64,000 nucleotides of DNA from Glycera tridactyla (Eukaryota): positions 29,760,001-29,824,000 of the forward strand of contig OZ286466.1 in NCBI GenBank assembly GCA_965644265.1, in the 5' to 3' direction. This document shows positions 40,833-55,062 of this stretch, piece by piece (positions within the stretch are counted from its first letter, which is position 1; every line of letters starts with the position of its first letter). Made by a program: the position numbers and the translations under genes. A model generated the notes under the pieces. That model ran no database searches. It had not been told where the DNA came from and saw nothing but the letters and a program-made list of their open reading frames with translations.

Positions 40833-40846
40833 GTTGCCATAGCAAC
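40833..40846. promoter_or_regulatory. RFX X-box motif
   Basis: GTTGCCATAGCAAC matches the RFX consensus GTNRCCNNRGYAAC; motif match only. Confidence 0.4.
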
Positions 40847-43813
40847 TGATTGCTCGTTTACATTCACAAACTCATTTAGTTTGCTAGCCCTTCATTTTTT
40901 CTCCATTTGTTTTCTGTTTCAAGCCGGATTTATCACTCGGCAGCTCCGTGGAGCTGTCACCCTTCAAACACAGATCACACAAGTTCAATGGCTGCTTCGC
41001 TTGATGCAACCAGCAAACCAGAAAAAAAATTCACATTGGCCAAGAACCAAATCGAGACTGCCTTCTTATAGAGTGTGCACTGTACAACAAAGCCAACATC
41101 CTCAACACCTCCCTTGACCACATTTCTTTTCTTTATTGATGCCAATGAAATTCAATAAATATATCAGAAATATAGTCAAATTGAGGAATAAAAATGTAAC
41201 ATGACATTTTCTCAAAAGGTATCTGTTCTCAAGCTCAATCCAGATTGTAGCAACTTTCCCGATTCAATTTCTCATCCAATTCCCAGATTTCTGACAATTT
41301 GCTGAGGATTGACATCAATGCTTCTGGGTATTTTGGGCCACAAAAAATCCAAAACTATGAAATGAGTCTGGAGAAATTCAGTCTCAGATTCATTCAATCC
41401 ATACAAGTTTCAGGTTGCAGCTCACTAAATAATTTCTGCATTCTGACCTTATTTCTGGATGCAGTTCTCCAAATAATATCAATTTCAGTGAGAAATTAAT
41501 TCATTATTCTCTGCAATCCATACCTATTTCTGAGTACAATTAATGAAGAATATTCGTGATCAATCCTGATTTTTAAGGAGCCATTTGCTGGATAATTCTC
41601 ACATTCGTTACCAACATTTGGATGCAGTTTGCAAAATAATCCTCATATTTCACCCTGGAGCAAGAATTTGGGCATCCATTCAATTCATCCTTTGGGTCGA
41701 TACCACCGCTCAATTAACGGGATCTATGTGAGTAATTTCACACATTGTACTATAGATATTGGCAGATAATGTCGAGGATGCCATTCTATGGTGAACAAAA
41801 ATAGTAGTGACGCCAATTTCAAAGAGTATTTCATTGCAATAGTTATTAGAAAAATCCTAATTTCATGGAGTAGCACCAGCAGAAAAATGCAAGAATTTGA
41901 GCTCGAAAAGAGAGATCATTACTCAAACATTGTGATGTATGGAGTATCTGTAGCCTTAGATGTGTTATGTAGACAGATTGTCCATGGGTACTTGGTAAAG
42001 CATCTGTCCACCGGAGAGTGAATTAATAATAAGTATAGCCCATTTGTCAGGTTTCATTATTGAACTCATTCATACTAGGCAAGAAATAGTGGAGAAGCCG
42101 TCTATTCCCTTCTGCTCATCCTTCTCTAATACAAACATTGGCGAGAAAGCACCAGACCCAGAGGATCTAGGCAGCTTTCTGAGAGAGCCTTGATGGCCAG
42201 ACTGTGGAATCCAGGGTGGGACTGCGTGATGGTGCAAGCCACTGAACTTGTGTGATAGCCCCCCGCAGTGACTCACTCTCCAGTTGATCAGCTGCAGAAT
42301 ATGGCATGTGCTTCCAGTAGAGAGAGGCAAGAATTGCAATAGAACAGAGATGGTAAGTATATATATATATGGTGCAACACTCAGAATTCCATGACTTCAC
42401 GAATACAATCAACAAATCTATGCCAATACTATGCGAAAATAAAACGGAGTGGGTGGAAGAGAGAGAAAGTATCTGTAAGTGGATCGGTAAACTTCTCTGA
42501 ATGTCTGCATATAGCCGCAAATTGAAAAGTATTTGAATTCAATTTGCAAGTTATCGATAAATCTGGAATGTCATGTTCGGCTATTTGACGGGGCACCTGT
42601 TGCCAGAGAGCAAACATGGCCGCTCTCCCGGTAGCATTTGACTGACAGCTCAGCTAGTATTTACATTAACCCATTCATTTCTGTATCATTCACTCAACGT
42701 CGAACCATTCAACTGCCCTAGAACCATCCAACGACCCTCGAACCATTCTACACTCCTCGAACCGTTCAACAACATGAACTGGTGGGATTATTTCACATGT
42801 GGATAGGCATTGCTAAAATTTTTATTTATCTATTTATTTATCCATAATTAGACTCATATGAATAAGAAAATAAAAATTCACATTGATCAAAAATTTGACA
42901 AGTAAAAATAATGATGCTGATTCTTAGTAATGATGGCAGAATTCGCTTTTGCATATAAAATCAGGAATATTGTGCTTCAAATTTCATTCAAAAATGTAAT
43001 GCAAAATCTTGATGATTGTCATTTTTGCAGGTAACCAAGCTACTCCTCCAGATTTGGTAAAAATAACATTCAGTTAAAGTTCAGTTAATGCCGGAGAAAT
43101 TGTTCCAATTACTCCTCACCACTTCCCATCCATCGATCAGCGAGAAACCCCAAAAACAATGATTATTGCCAAAACCCCACCCACAAATTTCCGATCAGCA
43201 CACTTGAATGAATGCCTTCCTCATGATCCCCTCCACCTGGACCCCCCCCCCCCCCCCCCCCCCCGCCCCCACCCCTCATCCAGCGAAGAAAGTACTGATC
43301 CACCAAGAAGTCTAACAATATGAAGAACATGATATTCAGAAAGGGTTCCTAATTTTTGGGCTCTTCCATGGAATTCTGAGTGAGCAATTATGTTATTGTG
43401 TCAAAACCATTTTGCTTACTGCCAGCGCAGGTCGGCCACAGAAAAGACGATGCATGGGATGCATTGTACGATGAAACATTTGGATCGATCAAGGCAGATT
43501 GTGCCTTGATCAGCATGAACAGGCCAAACTGGAAGATGTTGGCTTAATGGTATAAAGGTAGAAACATACGATCATTGTGAGTATTAACTCAATCCCATAA
43601 TGCGGGAACGTTGATACCAAATCAAATTTCCAAAATTTCAATGACCACATATTTCAGATTCGTATGATAACCCTCAAATAATTGAGGCAATATTTGTAAC
43701 ATAATGTTTCATCGTACATCACATCCAAAACATTTCCCATCCGGTGGTCCGCTCCGTTCAAGCAATACGCAAGACGGAATCGAGCAGGTTATTGTGAGTA
43801 GTAGACTCCGTAC

Positions 43814-43849
43814 CTCGTCATTCAATGTACCGCCAAGCAGCGCGAGCTC
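43814..43849 (-). CDS. Candidate 36-nt in-frame cassette exon (ELALLGGTLNDE) in the Musashi intron
   Basis: CTGAC branch motif at 43885-43881, AG-free pyrimidine-rich tract ...tttgttgttatctgttccgtttcccttag|, 36 nt with no stop in phase 0, donor GAG|GTACGG. Confidence 0.45.
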
Positions 43850-46800
43850 CTAAGGGAAACGGAACAGATAACAACAAACGGTCAGAAAAAAACACTATAG
43901 CAGGTGCAAAAAACACAGTCAAAAAACAAAAACGTCATCGCAAAAGTCTACCAAAAGCGTCACCGCAGAAGGGGCACAACGCGGCGCGAGCGACACTTGG
44001 CAGATTGTCATCTATAACGTTAATTTGCAATAGATTAACACGTCACAATCATTCAATCCTAACTCTCACGCTACTGTTAAAGGTAATTAACCATCACTGC
44101 AGCATCAAAATTAATCCAGCAAAATTGATAAGAATATCAATATTAACCAAAATTTTGCATTTCCATGGCAACTGGAAGGGTTTTTCGAAAAGTGGCATAT
44201 ATACTGATTAAGGGTACAGATATTTCAACTGACCAAAGATCACTTGGGCCCAGTGTAAATATGTATGTACATATGTATCTTGAGCAATAAAGTTATCTTA
44301 TATCTTATATCAAAGAATGGCGATCTATTCACAACAAGATAAATCTCACAAGAGCCACCTGAAGTATCATTGTGGTACTTCATCACCATAACAACCAAGA
44401 TGGCAGCACATGCCAAAACCATGACATATTTTATGCTTTATCTCAGGCAATTCTGGTCCGATTTTCATAATCTCAACACCAAAATGATCAGTATTAAGAT
44501 TCCCTATCAATATATGATAGTTCCATGAGACTCTATGGGAAAAAATATCCAGAATCATGCAGATCTTTTCACATCAGTTTCCTTCAGCTGTGCAAAGTTC
44601 CACATGAGATCCTGTCTGACAGGCCGGATGAGCGAATTTCATCATTTCCGTAAATCAAATTGCTGGACAAAATTGACCACATTTATGATGGGGGTGTAGC
44701 AGCATAGCATTGCAAATGTTACTATTATATTTCAATTCAATGAGAACTATGATTCTTGTCCAAGAGATGCATTGTGAGCAAAGAATGGGTCTGCCGAAAT
44801 CTCTTTGCTCAATCACTCAGGGGAGAACAAGCAGCAATATAAATAGACATCTAGTGATTCAATAACTAAAACACTATGCCACACCCAATCAGGACTCAGG
44901 TAAACTGTGACAACCGCCACTAGGGTAAAATTTCTCTTCATTTCTCCAGAATATTACTTGAGAGCAATCAATTTGAAAAAGAAGATTCCTTTCTGGAATA
45001 GGTATGAGATTGCACAGAAAATGCCATTCACCATTGTGAAGTCAGAAATTACCATAGTTTACTCACATTTGGTGAGGATTTCCTCTGGTCAGGTACAGAA
45101 TGATTTCAATTCTATACACTGGTAATTTCATAAAACGCTCTTATCACTAGAATGAGACTTCATTGAAGAGACCAAAGATGTGACATTGGTTGGCACTGCC
45201 ATTTTTTGAGCAGACTGCAGGTTTTTGTGACATGCAGGGTGGCCTCCCAAACATAACCTGAAGTACATCATCCATCCTCATATGGGAACCAGTGTCTTTC
45301 AAATCAGAATGAATATAAAGGATATGAGGTGCAGTGGTTGTCATAGCAACCTGGAAAACTCACTTCAAACCGTTTTGGGTAACTCAACTTTGCACAGATC
45401 TTGAGCCACTTTCTTCGAAAAATTGTTCAGTGATGGCATTGCCCAGGTTAAGTATGGCATAAAAGCAAGAAAGCCACCATGTGTGATCCTTCAATATACA
45501 TTCAAATTGATGAGCAACAAAGATGCCAACCTTTGATGGACAGAAAGAGTAGCGCTACCAATTTCAAAAATTAGCGCTACCACTATTTGCAGAGGAATAT
45601 TAGGACAATTTTTTAGAGAATCATCACTCAAAAATGACAAGAATTTAGGCTTAAAAAGAAAATCCACTGCTATGAAATCATATCGGTTGGCATCTATGAT
45701 GAATTTGGGGGTTGCAATCCCCTTCAGATGATGGATAGTGTTGGTTTGGTTTTTTAGCAGTTCGTTTCTATTTACAAGATCACACGTGATGCGTATTCCT
45801 GCCACATCAACAACGCTGCTAACATTCAAATGTTACGTACGTATGCTAGGATCAATAAATGCAGAGCAGATAACTACACCCAAATGAACACAAGTTAAAT
45901 TCACAAGGTGCTCTCTTTTTTCTCGTTGCCAAAAAGACATTGCAGGACAAACAAACTACAAAGGCAATAGAAATACATCAGACTGAGCAACCCGTTAAAT
46001 CTTTGGACACAAGAAAACATCTAGTCTAAATCGTAGAAAAGTATCACTCTATCACAGGTCCAGTTTTCGACATGTTTTCGTCCTTCACAACAAATTGTAC
46101 CACAGATACAGACGGTCAAATCTATGCATTCTGAAGAAACCTTACATAACGGTTCTGAAAATATCCCAAAGGCCTGGGTTTGTCATTTCCGGGTAACATA
46201 AAAAATTTATCTTTGGTATAAAAGCAAGAACACATAGTTGATAAATATATAATCATTCCATCGACATTGTAAGACATTTCATTCAACAAATGTTTTTTCA
46301 CGACATCAATCAACAATCATTGTATTGTTAATGGGATAAACCCTGTACCAACTTGGTGATCTGCTTTGTGTCAACACATGTCAAAATACACAGGAAAATT
46401 TGTACTTATATCACAGAGTATCATGTTATTACCTGATACTAACTGATCTATACCCTTTATTGCGACAGAATACAAGTCCAGCAATTCCTTTAACCAGGAT
46501 TATAGTCTCATGAATGATCTCAGATTTACAGGGGGTCACCGATCAGGATGAATATGGTAATACCAATATTGACACCCTAAGTTCTTGCCCCCTTCGCCCT
46601 ATATTCAACCGCCATCCTGACTATTTTTATTTACCAGGATGACTATTTTTATTTGCTGCACCTCATCGCACCTCAATCCGTTTCTATTGAAGTGGTACAT
46701 GGACAAATAACGTAGGAGACTTGGTGTTGTCAACTTCAGTTGTACACAATCCAAGTCATGGCAGCATCCTTTTTTTATTTTGCTTCACCTTTTTCACTGC

Positions 46801-49800
46801 ATCATTAGATCCATGGAGTAAACCCCCAACATCATACCTGGGGGATTATATGCCACCCTCTCATTTTCATATCCCATACCTGGTAGGTGGAAAGATATAA
46901 TGATTCGGGTAACTAAGAGTACTATGACACAAGAGTACAGTTAAACCTGCAACGAGATACTGTTGCCCTAAATGTCACTGAAATGTGGTCTCTCAAAAGA
47001 GGTGGTCTCTTGTCAGACATATATTTGACTATGACAGATTAGAAGCTGGTGTGAGGAAGTCGTCCCCTGTCAGAGATGTCTGTCATCAGGGGGCCTCTCT
47101 TCGTGGGTTTCACTGAGGTCTGGACCACACAGCTCGGCGGTCTCAGTGGGACTCACATTGTGATGTCACAATTCGATGCCATGTGGGTTGCTAAGGACTC
47201 TTCTGGGTACAGATCAGATCATATTCCCACAGAAATCCTCCAATCGCTACAAGTCCTAGTCCTATTGGTATCACATCATGTCTACTCCTACAAAACATCC
47301 ATGTGCAATGGTGAAAAATCTGTTAAATCTCGCTCTCAAATCTTCCAAGATTCCCTGCAAATATATGTAATTCACTTGACCCTGGCTAAACAGCATCTCA
47401 TAGTGGATCAATCCGCAGCAACTCGGAACACGCCAAGGTTCCAACCCTTCAGTCCAAACTGTCAAACTCCCCCCCCCCCCCCCCCCCACCACTACCCAGG
47501 GCTAGTAGATTTGCATAGTAGTAAGGTCAACTCTTTTTTCACTGTGGCCAGGTAGGAAATGATCGAACTGTGCAGGTGAACAGCTAGGAAAGGCACTATC
47601 CAGAATTTGGCAGGTGGATTTCGATTCCACCTGCCAAGGGGGCAGGTAGATTCTCAGGATGTTTCCGAGCATTTTATCCTCTGATCTCATCCCCACTTCT
47701 GATGATGAGGACAATTATGAACAGATCACAATAAAAATATGCCATCGGGGATGTCAGTTCTTTTTGCCCCTCACAAAGATGAAGAGTTCACCATCTGGAT
47801 TTTGGTACGGCAGATGGTTGTGATTTTTGTAAATACAAAAAAGTATCTAAACTCTCACCATCAGCACCTATGGCAGGTCATTCCAACCGCCAAGGTTACT
47901 TCACTCCGAATAACAAGTGACTCATGCACATGTTCTACCTTCTAACATGGATATAATGTATGAAAGACAAAACAGCCATGAGCACATCTGCAGTGATTGA
48001 AAATACAAGTGTCAATGGCCCCTTTCACTGAAATACAGATGTATATATTAGAAAAATCATCAGGAGCTGCTCCCTGCTGCTGCAATTTCTTGCATGCTTC
48101 ACAGCAGTTGAGTGCAGCTGCTGACATCTGGGACTTCTTCCATCTTTGTGAAATGAGCCTGAAGCAATCCAGATGGCAGCACTCTCAAGTAGGGGTGTAG
48201 AACAAGTATATGCCCATGTTTGGAGAAAGTAGCTCTCTCTCCACTGATTCTGGTCCGATTTTGTTGATTCAAAATCAAAACTACTCGGTATACAATTCCC
48301 TTTTCAGCCATGCATACAGCATTGTTCTCCCAAATGACAGTAATCTGTGGAACAATTACATCCCTGGAGATTCTCAGTCACCACAAAGCCACCATACTAG
48401 ACTATGTGCCTCATGTATTTTCTTCATCAAGGTTTTAACATTTACGAGTGTAGAGCTGCAACACTCCGAGATGGCCCCCACATGTGACATGTCTGCAAAC
48501 ACCAGCTTGAGTCGCATCTAATCGACACCGATACTTTGATATTCTCTGATATTTGATCCCCTTCCACCAACACTTCACCCTCGCTGCCAGGCTTCTCTCC
48601 CCGGCAAGGAACAAAGACCCCGATACCCCGGTACCACTACAAAAACCATGTCTCCTCCAGTGGAAGCTTGCACCACGGTGAAGGTCACAGGGTCATTGGG
48701 TCAACAACGGGCAGGGATGCCAATCCAACCTGACTCCGGTAACTGGGACAATATGGGCTAAATCGGAAGCCGTAAAAAACCCAGAGCAAAACCACAATAT
48801 TTGGGTGGCCCCGTCAAGTCACCTCTTCACTCTGAGGAAAATAAGCAGTGATACGTCTGGGAATCACCAGCAGGAAGTGCATGGTGGGGCGCGATTAAAA
48901 ACTGGAACGATATCCGCGACACCCTTACATATGTATTTTCACTCATGTGGTTACTTAACCTGTAAACCCTGCCAAACTTAATGCTCTGTGCCAGCTGTTG
49001 TCCCATTGCTGCTTCGTTTCTATGGTTCCCCAGCATCTAGTGTTCAGGGTGTGTGAGAGTGATGCCTGCAGGAGACAGAGCATTTAGCTTCCATAGGCCA
49101 GGAACACATGGCTCAATACATACATGTACCTCAAATCCGTCTAAACCTATCAAACATCACACTACATCCAATAGCCAAAATGGCCAACCAAAGGAGGCGT
49201 GGCTGCTGGTGGCAATTTTGTATCCTTCGGGAAAATGAAAATCCTAGGTAGTTCTGTTATATATACAAACACTAGATTCCCATATAATGTAGCCAGGGAG
49301 ACAGTATGACTTCAGGTTATCATACCAGTAAAAATAATAGAGCACGCAGTGGCGGATACAGGGGGAGGGCACATGCCCCCCCCCCCCTTCAGCCTGATCA
49401 TAGCCTTTTATTTATTTTTTTATCCAAATTATGGTCGAATTATTAAGTTATTTGTCCCATTATTGGGTCATGCTATTTGGAAAGATTCTTGGGTGAAAAA
49501 AACACACAGTTTACTAAAAGGGAGAACAACTGCCGAGGGAGAGGGCAACTGATGGCAGCGCAAAAGTGTGAAATCGGCAGCAATCATGATGTGAGAATTA
49601 GACACCAGAGGAGCCTGCAATGGAGCAAGGAGGTCATCGCCAACGGCAACCACGCTCTACCATCGCCATCTATTCCAGCAGCCATCAAATTCCCCCGCTG
49701 CCACCTGGCCAATTGCTCTAACCACATTACTGCTACCCCTCGTAAAAAATTCAAACATCGGACAATTTCCTAATCGGATTCTCCAACATTTAAATGAAGA

Positions 49801-50069
49801 GATATCCCGTGCCATCAGAGTGGCACTGATTTGAATGGTACCCTATCCAGCAGAGCTCGCAGAGGGACCAGCTGGTGGCAGGATTGGCGGAAACTTCTGT
49901 TAATGATTCCCAAATGTGCCACCTCTGTAGAACACACACATGTTCATGACTCTCTCAACATCAACACACATGCAAAATTTTGCTTTTTGATCACAATTTT
50001 GCTTTTCAATCAAATTTTCATCACTTCTGAAATGTATCATGACAAATTGCAGCTTTCACAGCACATGTA

Positions 50070-50230
50070 CAGTAGAACCTCCTCTATAGACCACCTCTCT
50101 ATAAAGGCCACCCTGAGCTGTGACCATAGTAGTATTTTCAACAGTAAATGACCTCTCTATATAGACCACCTACCTATAAAGGAAACTTCCTGATGCGACC
50201 GAAGGCGGTCTTTGTAGAGAGGTTTGACTG
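50070..50230. mobile_element. Complete 161-bp MITE with TA TSD (Tc1/mariner-pogo type)
   Basis: TA|CAGTAGAACCTCCTCTATAGACC ... GGTCTTTGTAGAGAGGTTTGACTG|TA. Related fragments at about 7201, 15470, 19800, 20300, 20530, 26365, 32550, 33230, 46935 and 58730. Confidence 0.85.
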
Positions 50231-53200
50231 TACTTCAATATTGACGCGTATCTGGTTCGGAGGAACACTGAATCATAAGTCTTCTGTTGAAATTGTATTG
50301 GGTATAATCAATGATGGGTTAGAGAATTGGGTGATGGAGATTAGCATTTGGGTTGAATGTTATCACCAAGATGGGTAAACTATGCAATAACTTTTGGGGT
50401 TAATTCCTGCCCCCTTTCCAAATCTGGTTGATAAAAATAATCAAGCTGTTTATGTACCACTGTGGTTTCTGTACACATCTGGGGAAGTTTATAAAGTACA
50501 TTTCCATCAATCGGTGAATGTGGTAAATTGGTTGGTAGTTTGCTGTGATTGCCACTAGGTGGCTGACAGGTCTGAGGGAGCTTGGAATCACCTAGGGTCA
50601 CTGCATGGATCCACTAGTAGGCCTGCCAGTACATTTGCTCACAGACCTGTGGCATATTTTCACACCCACGTCAGCTGTCAATCACACGGGCCCCAAACGA
50701 AAGGTACATATACACATGCTTGAGGCTATATGTCATGTTGAAAATGTTAAATGTTAGCATCATAAAACGCAAATAAATTGTGCCCACTTATTTGCCACCC
50801 ATCTGCATGCCAACCCACTCATTGATGGTTCACACCAATACCAGATCAGCAACCTAACATTTCACCATCCTATTTCAATCTACTTTTGACTATTGCTGCT
50901 TGTGCACACAATCCTTCTGAATTTACAAATCTAAAATACATGCGGGCATCTATGTTGAAACACATGAAATCGTAAAAAGGACCCCCTGAATTCCCAATTG
51001 ACAAGACAAAACCTGAAATGCCAACATTTGTCGACCTAAAATAACATAGTCCAGTCTTCGAATTTCGCACTCTCCCGCATCACGGGGAGAGTGAATTTGA
51101 TTTCGGGTGAGTGAAACTTCCAAATCACTCTCCTGATGGGAGAGTGGGAATTTTTCAGTTGATGTGAGAGTGATGGAATTTCTGTGGAGACAGAACACCA
51201 CAATTTTGATTACACCAACAATAATCCCTAGTCCCTGTGAGTAGGCTTTGCATTTGCCTGCGCATGTATGATTCTGAAGAACTAACCTCAGGAAAATTCG
51301 GGAGAGTGAATTCATTTTCGGGAGAGTGATTCTCCCAATCTGCTCTCCCGATGGGAGAGTGGCTGAAAGTTTTTCGTGAAGACTGATAGTCGTAGTCGAT
51401 AACAGGGATGTATGTCATTCTTTCATGAGCAAAACAGTGATCATGCCAATGTCGAATAGATAGGTTGCCAGTATTTGCAATGGTCAGACCAAAGAATACT
51501 GAATTTATTTTGAGTAATGTTATGCATAAAATGGCTGACTTTGCATTCATTGAGAGAGATCAATTCCAAAGGAACGTCTTCCCGAGTGTTTTTCGGAGGT
51601 GTTTCAACCAGCTCTCGATTATTCAATGCACGTTAACCTCTCTCAACATAAAACCTTCCAACTCCCGCCAATATCCTCCGTCGTGCAATTTTATATTCAG
51701 CGAGTAGCAATCATAAATTCGCTGTCTCAGCTGGGAATTCCGTGCCGGGAATGGTTAACTCAAAATTCAATACGAACCACACTACGCCTCAACCCCACCT
51801 CAGCAACAATCTTCCCCTGGACATTTTGCCTTTCAACAAGAGAACGTTGACAATGGGAAGAACGAATTTGAAAAAAAATTGTTCTCAGTCATTTCAGAAT
51901 TTGAATTTAATAACACATCCTTTTCAACAATTCATGGCTCATTATCAGTGAGTAATGAATTTCTCTGAGAAATAATGCGGTATTAACAGGGTCACTTCAA
52001 GCTGACTGGTCATCTTTCCACGGTACATTGAGCACACACTTGAAATATATAGGGGGTACAAATAAATAGAATGTTTTAAGTGGAGCAGAGTGGTTCAAAG
52101 GCGCTGACAATGGAACTCCCGAGCAACGGGGCTTACTGCTGGGTCAATGGTGGCTTCCCCCTGCTGAAACATGTTTGAACACTTCTGTTTAATTTTGAGC
52201 TCAGTCAATCTGCTTGCTTGCATACATTGCAACCAGAATAATATTTGACCATCATCAATGACTCCCCCCCCCCCCCCCCACATGTATGGTATATGTAGTG
52301 TAACTAGAAGGGAGGACGGGAGAGTGTGTGTGGGGGGGGGGGGGATATTGATTCTGCCAATATGCATGTGCATACACATTCACACTTACAGACACCAGGC
52401 TTGCATTTCTAATGTGTCCCAGTGCCCTATCTCATATCATAGGCATGCAATATGTCACTTCTAGAATGTANNNNNNNNNNNNNNNNNNNNNNNNNNNNNN
52501 NNNNNNNNNNNNNNNNNNNNNNNNNNNNNNNNNNNNNNNNNNNNNNNNNNNNNNNNNNNNNNNNNNNNNNNNNNNNNNNNNNNNNNNNNNNNNNNNNNNN
52601 NNNNNNNNNNNNNNNATGCAAGTCAGATTAAGCATATCTTCAAAATTGATGAATTTCCAGAAGCTACTGAGACATATTCTCAAAAGTATGCATCCTGAAA
52701 CTTCCAGTCAGATTGCAGCAACTTTGCGAATTCTATTTTTTCAATTCAACTTTCAGAAATCCCCAAATTGTAGGTAAACCGGCATCACTGCTTGAATATC
52801 GAGCGAAATCGTACTCGAGTGAATTGAGATTCCAGCATAATACCGAGTTTTGGTATGTGTAGGAATTTCCTCCTAAATTTTTCCATGTCATAAATAACAC
52901 CCGTCAGTCACTGAACTGAGCTTAAGCATTATGAAAACCTTAGGTATTTGACTGCGGAAATATCACTATCTCTATTCAACTTTTATTTGAACAAGACCTC
53001 CAAGCTTCATCCCCGGAATCACACCATTTTGAGAACAAATTGCACCACTTTTAGAACAAGTTATTAGCAAAGAAAACCACAACCTCTAATCAAAGCATGT
53101 ATCTTTCTTTCCCTCTCTCTCTCTCTCTTTGTCGATAAAAATATTCATTCAGCAGCCCAAGTATATCTATCAATCATCCAGTTGAATTTCAGTGAAGTTT

Positions 53201-55049
53201 TCTACCACAAACTGGGACCTAAAACATTGTAACAACAACCAAACAAGATGCACAAAACTGGATCGGTGAAGGGCAGCCAAGACAGAACCTGGAATACTCG
53301 CATATCAGTGAAACGATCCGTCGACAACACGGTCATTATATCAAAGGCTGGTGACAAGACGGTCTTCTGTCCTCCACTGCTGGCGTCAAATTATGAACTC
53401 AACCAAGATTTTTTATTATAAGTGCATATCATGACATAAAGACTGATTTTCAGCCTGCTAGACGGGTACCTGGGTGACATGTATTGACTGGCTCCCTCAC
53501 TGATTCATCCCATCTCAGCACACAGGACACACTCTACTCGAAACTTCCCGAAACTTCCCGGACCTTGAAATATAACAGCATACCCTATACTCATAAAAAA
53601 ATCCAGGGTTCAGAATGAAAATTCACTCATGGAATAAAGCATTATTCCGAAGGATGTTGAAAGAACAGATATACAGTCTTGAGTACAAATGTATAACATA
53701 TTCCAAACCAATGTAAAATCAGAATTAACTATATAAGGCTGAAGATAGCAAATGACTAGGAATCGTAAACTGAACTTCACAATTTCATAGTTGATGATAC
53801 ATATTAGATTGTTGAAAAGAAAACACTGACTCACACTCACTTTCACCAAAGTGTATTTGGAGCTGGTAGGGTTACACAATACTCTTGAGATCTGCGAACG
53901 TTTTCGCCCTGGTATATTAGATTGAGCAGACTCTGACATGGGAAAGATACCCCCCCCCCCTTCTGAGCACAGGCTGAGCTATATTGAGACACCCATGCAA
54001 TGGGCACAGGTGGCATCATCTGAAAACACCTCTCGGAGAAAATCCTGGATTTGCCACTGATCAGTTCAGACACACCTATACATCAATTGAATAAAAGAGA
54101 TGATCCTATGCATTGCATATCAGAGCTGATCTAAGCACACAGCACCCGCACAATGATAAAGCAGATTGCTGATAATGACGCCGAAGCCAATCAGCATCAC
54201 TTGAGTCGGCGGCATGAAGCGAGTGCCATCACACGCAGCAGACTCCTGCTAATCATACTGTATTATTGAATGTAATCAGAACCCCAACTCAGTAAACACC
54301 AAGTGTAAAGTGCAAGAGTACAAGTGAGCCAATCTCACACACACACAGACTTGCTCACGGAGCATATATCAGCACTTGTATGCAGACATGGGATTTATGT
54401 AGCAAGCTTATTGCAAATAACTCGCATTTCCAGGCAATGTACATGTGTATATTATAACTATAGTGGGGTGGGGTGGGGCTTCTCAAATAGGAGCTTTTAG
54501 TGGTGATAACGCCATGGTAGCAGGCATGTGATGTAAGTGATGCATGCATACATGCATTCATACACACTTTTGTTCTAATTTGGGCTAGTGACATGTTGCA
54601 CAGGCAATAAGTCTACGACATGTTTTAAATGCCCAAGTTGAATTTGGGGCTTTCTTATGGGGGTTGAACCCACAACCTCTTAGTAAGGCACCCATTGNNN
54701 NNNNNNNNNNNNNNNNNNNNNNNNNNNNNNNNNNNNNNNNNNNNNNNNNNNNNNNNNNNNNNNNNNNNNNNNNNNNNNNNNNNNNNNNNNNNNNNNNNNN
54801 NNNNNNNNNNNNNNNNNNNNNNNNNNNNNNNNNNNNNNNNNNNNNNNNNNNNNNNNNNNNNNNNNNNNNNNNNNNNNNNNNNNNNNNNNNNTGAGTTGCT
54901 CTCATTGTGCCTGTACACAATTTATTCACACACTCACTCAGACATATAGGAGCAATGTATGCATACACACGAGCGCATGTCTATAATCTTAATTGACGGC
55001 CTCGGTCCCGCGCCATCAGAGAAGCACTACAAAACAACCATAGCAAACA

Positions 55050-55062
55050 CCACTAGATGGCG
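55050..55062 (+). promoter_or_regulatory. CTCF core motif
   Basis: CCACTAGATGGCG matches CCASYAGRKGGCR; similar matches at 39626-39637 and 50552-50563. Confidence 0.45.

Noticed and set aside
41688-41702. Minus-strand ATC GAC CCA AAG (IDPK), as in the expected upstream exon
   Set aside because: Continues DEL..., not VAFPRR, and has no acceptor context.
54655-54697. Minus-strand GAGGTTGTGGGTTCAACCCC resembling a tRNA T-arm or B box
   Set aside because: No cloverleaf can be built and the upstream part falls in an N-gap; at most a SINE head remnant.
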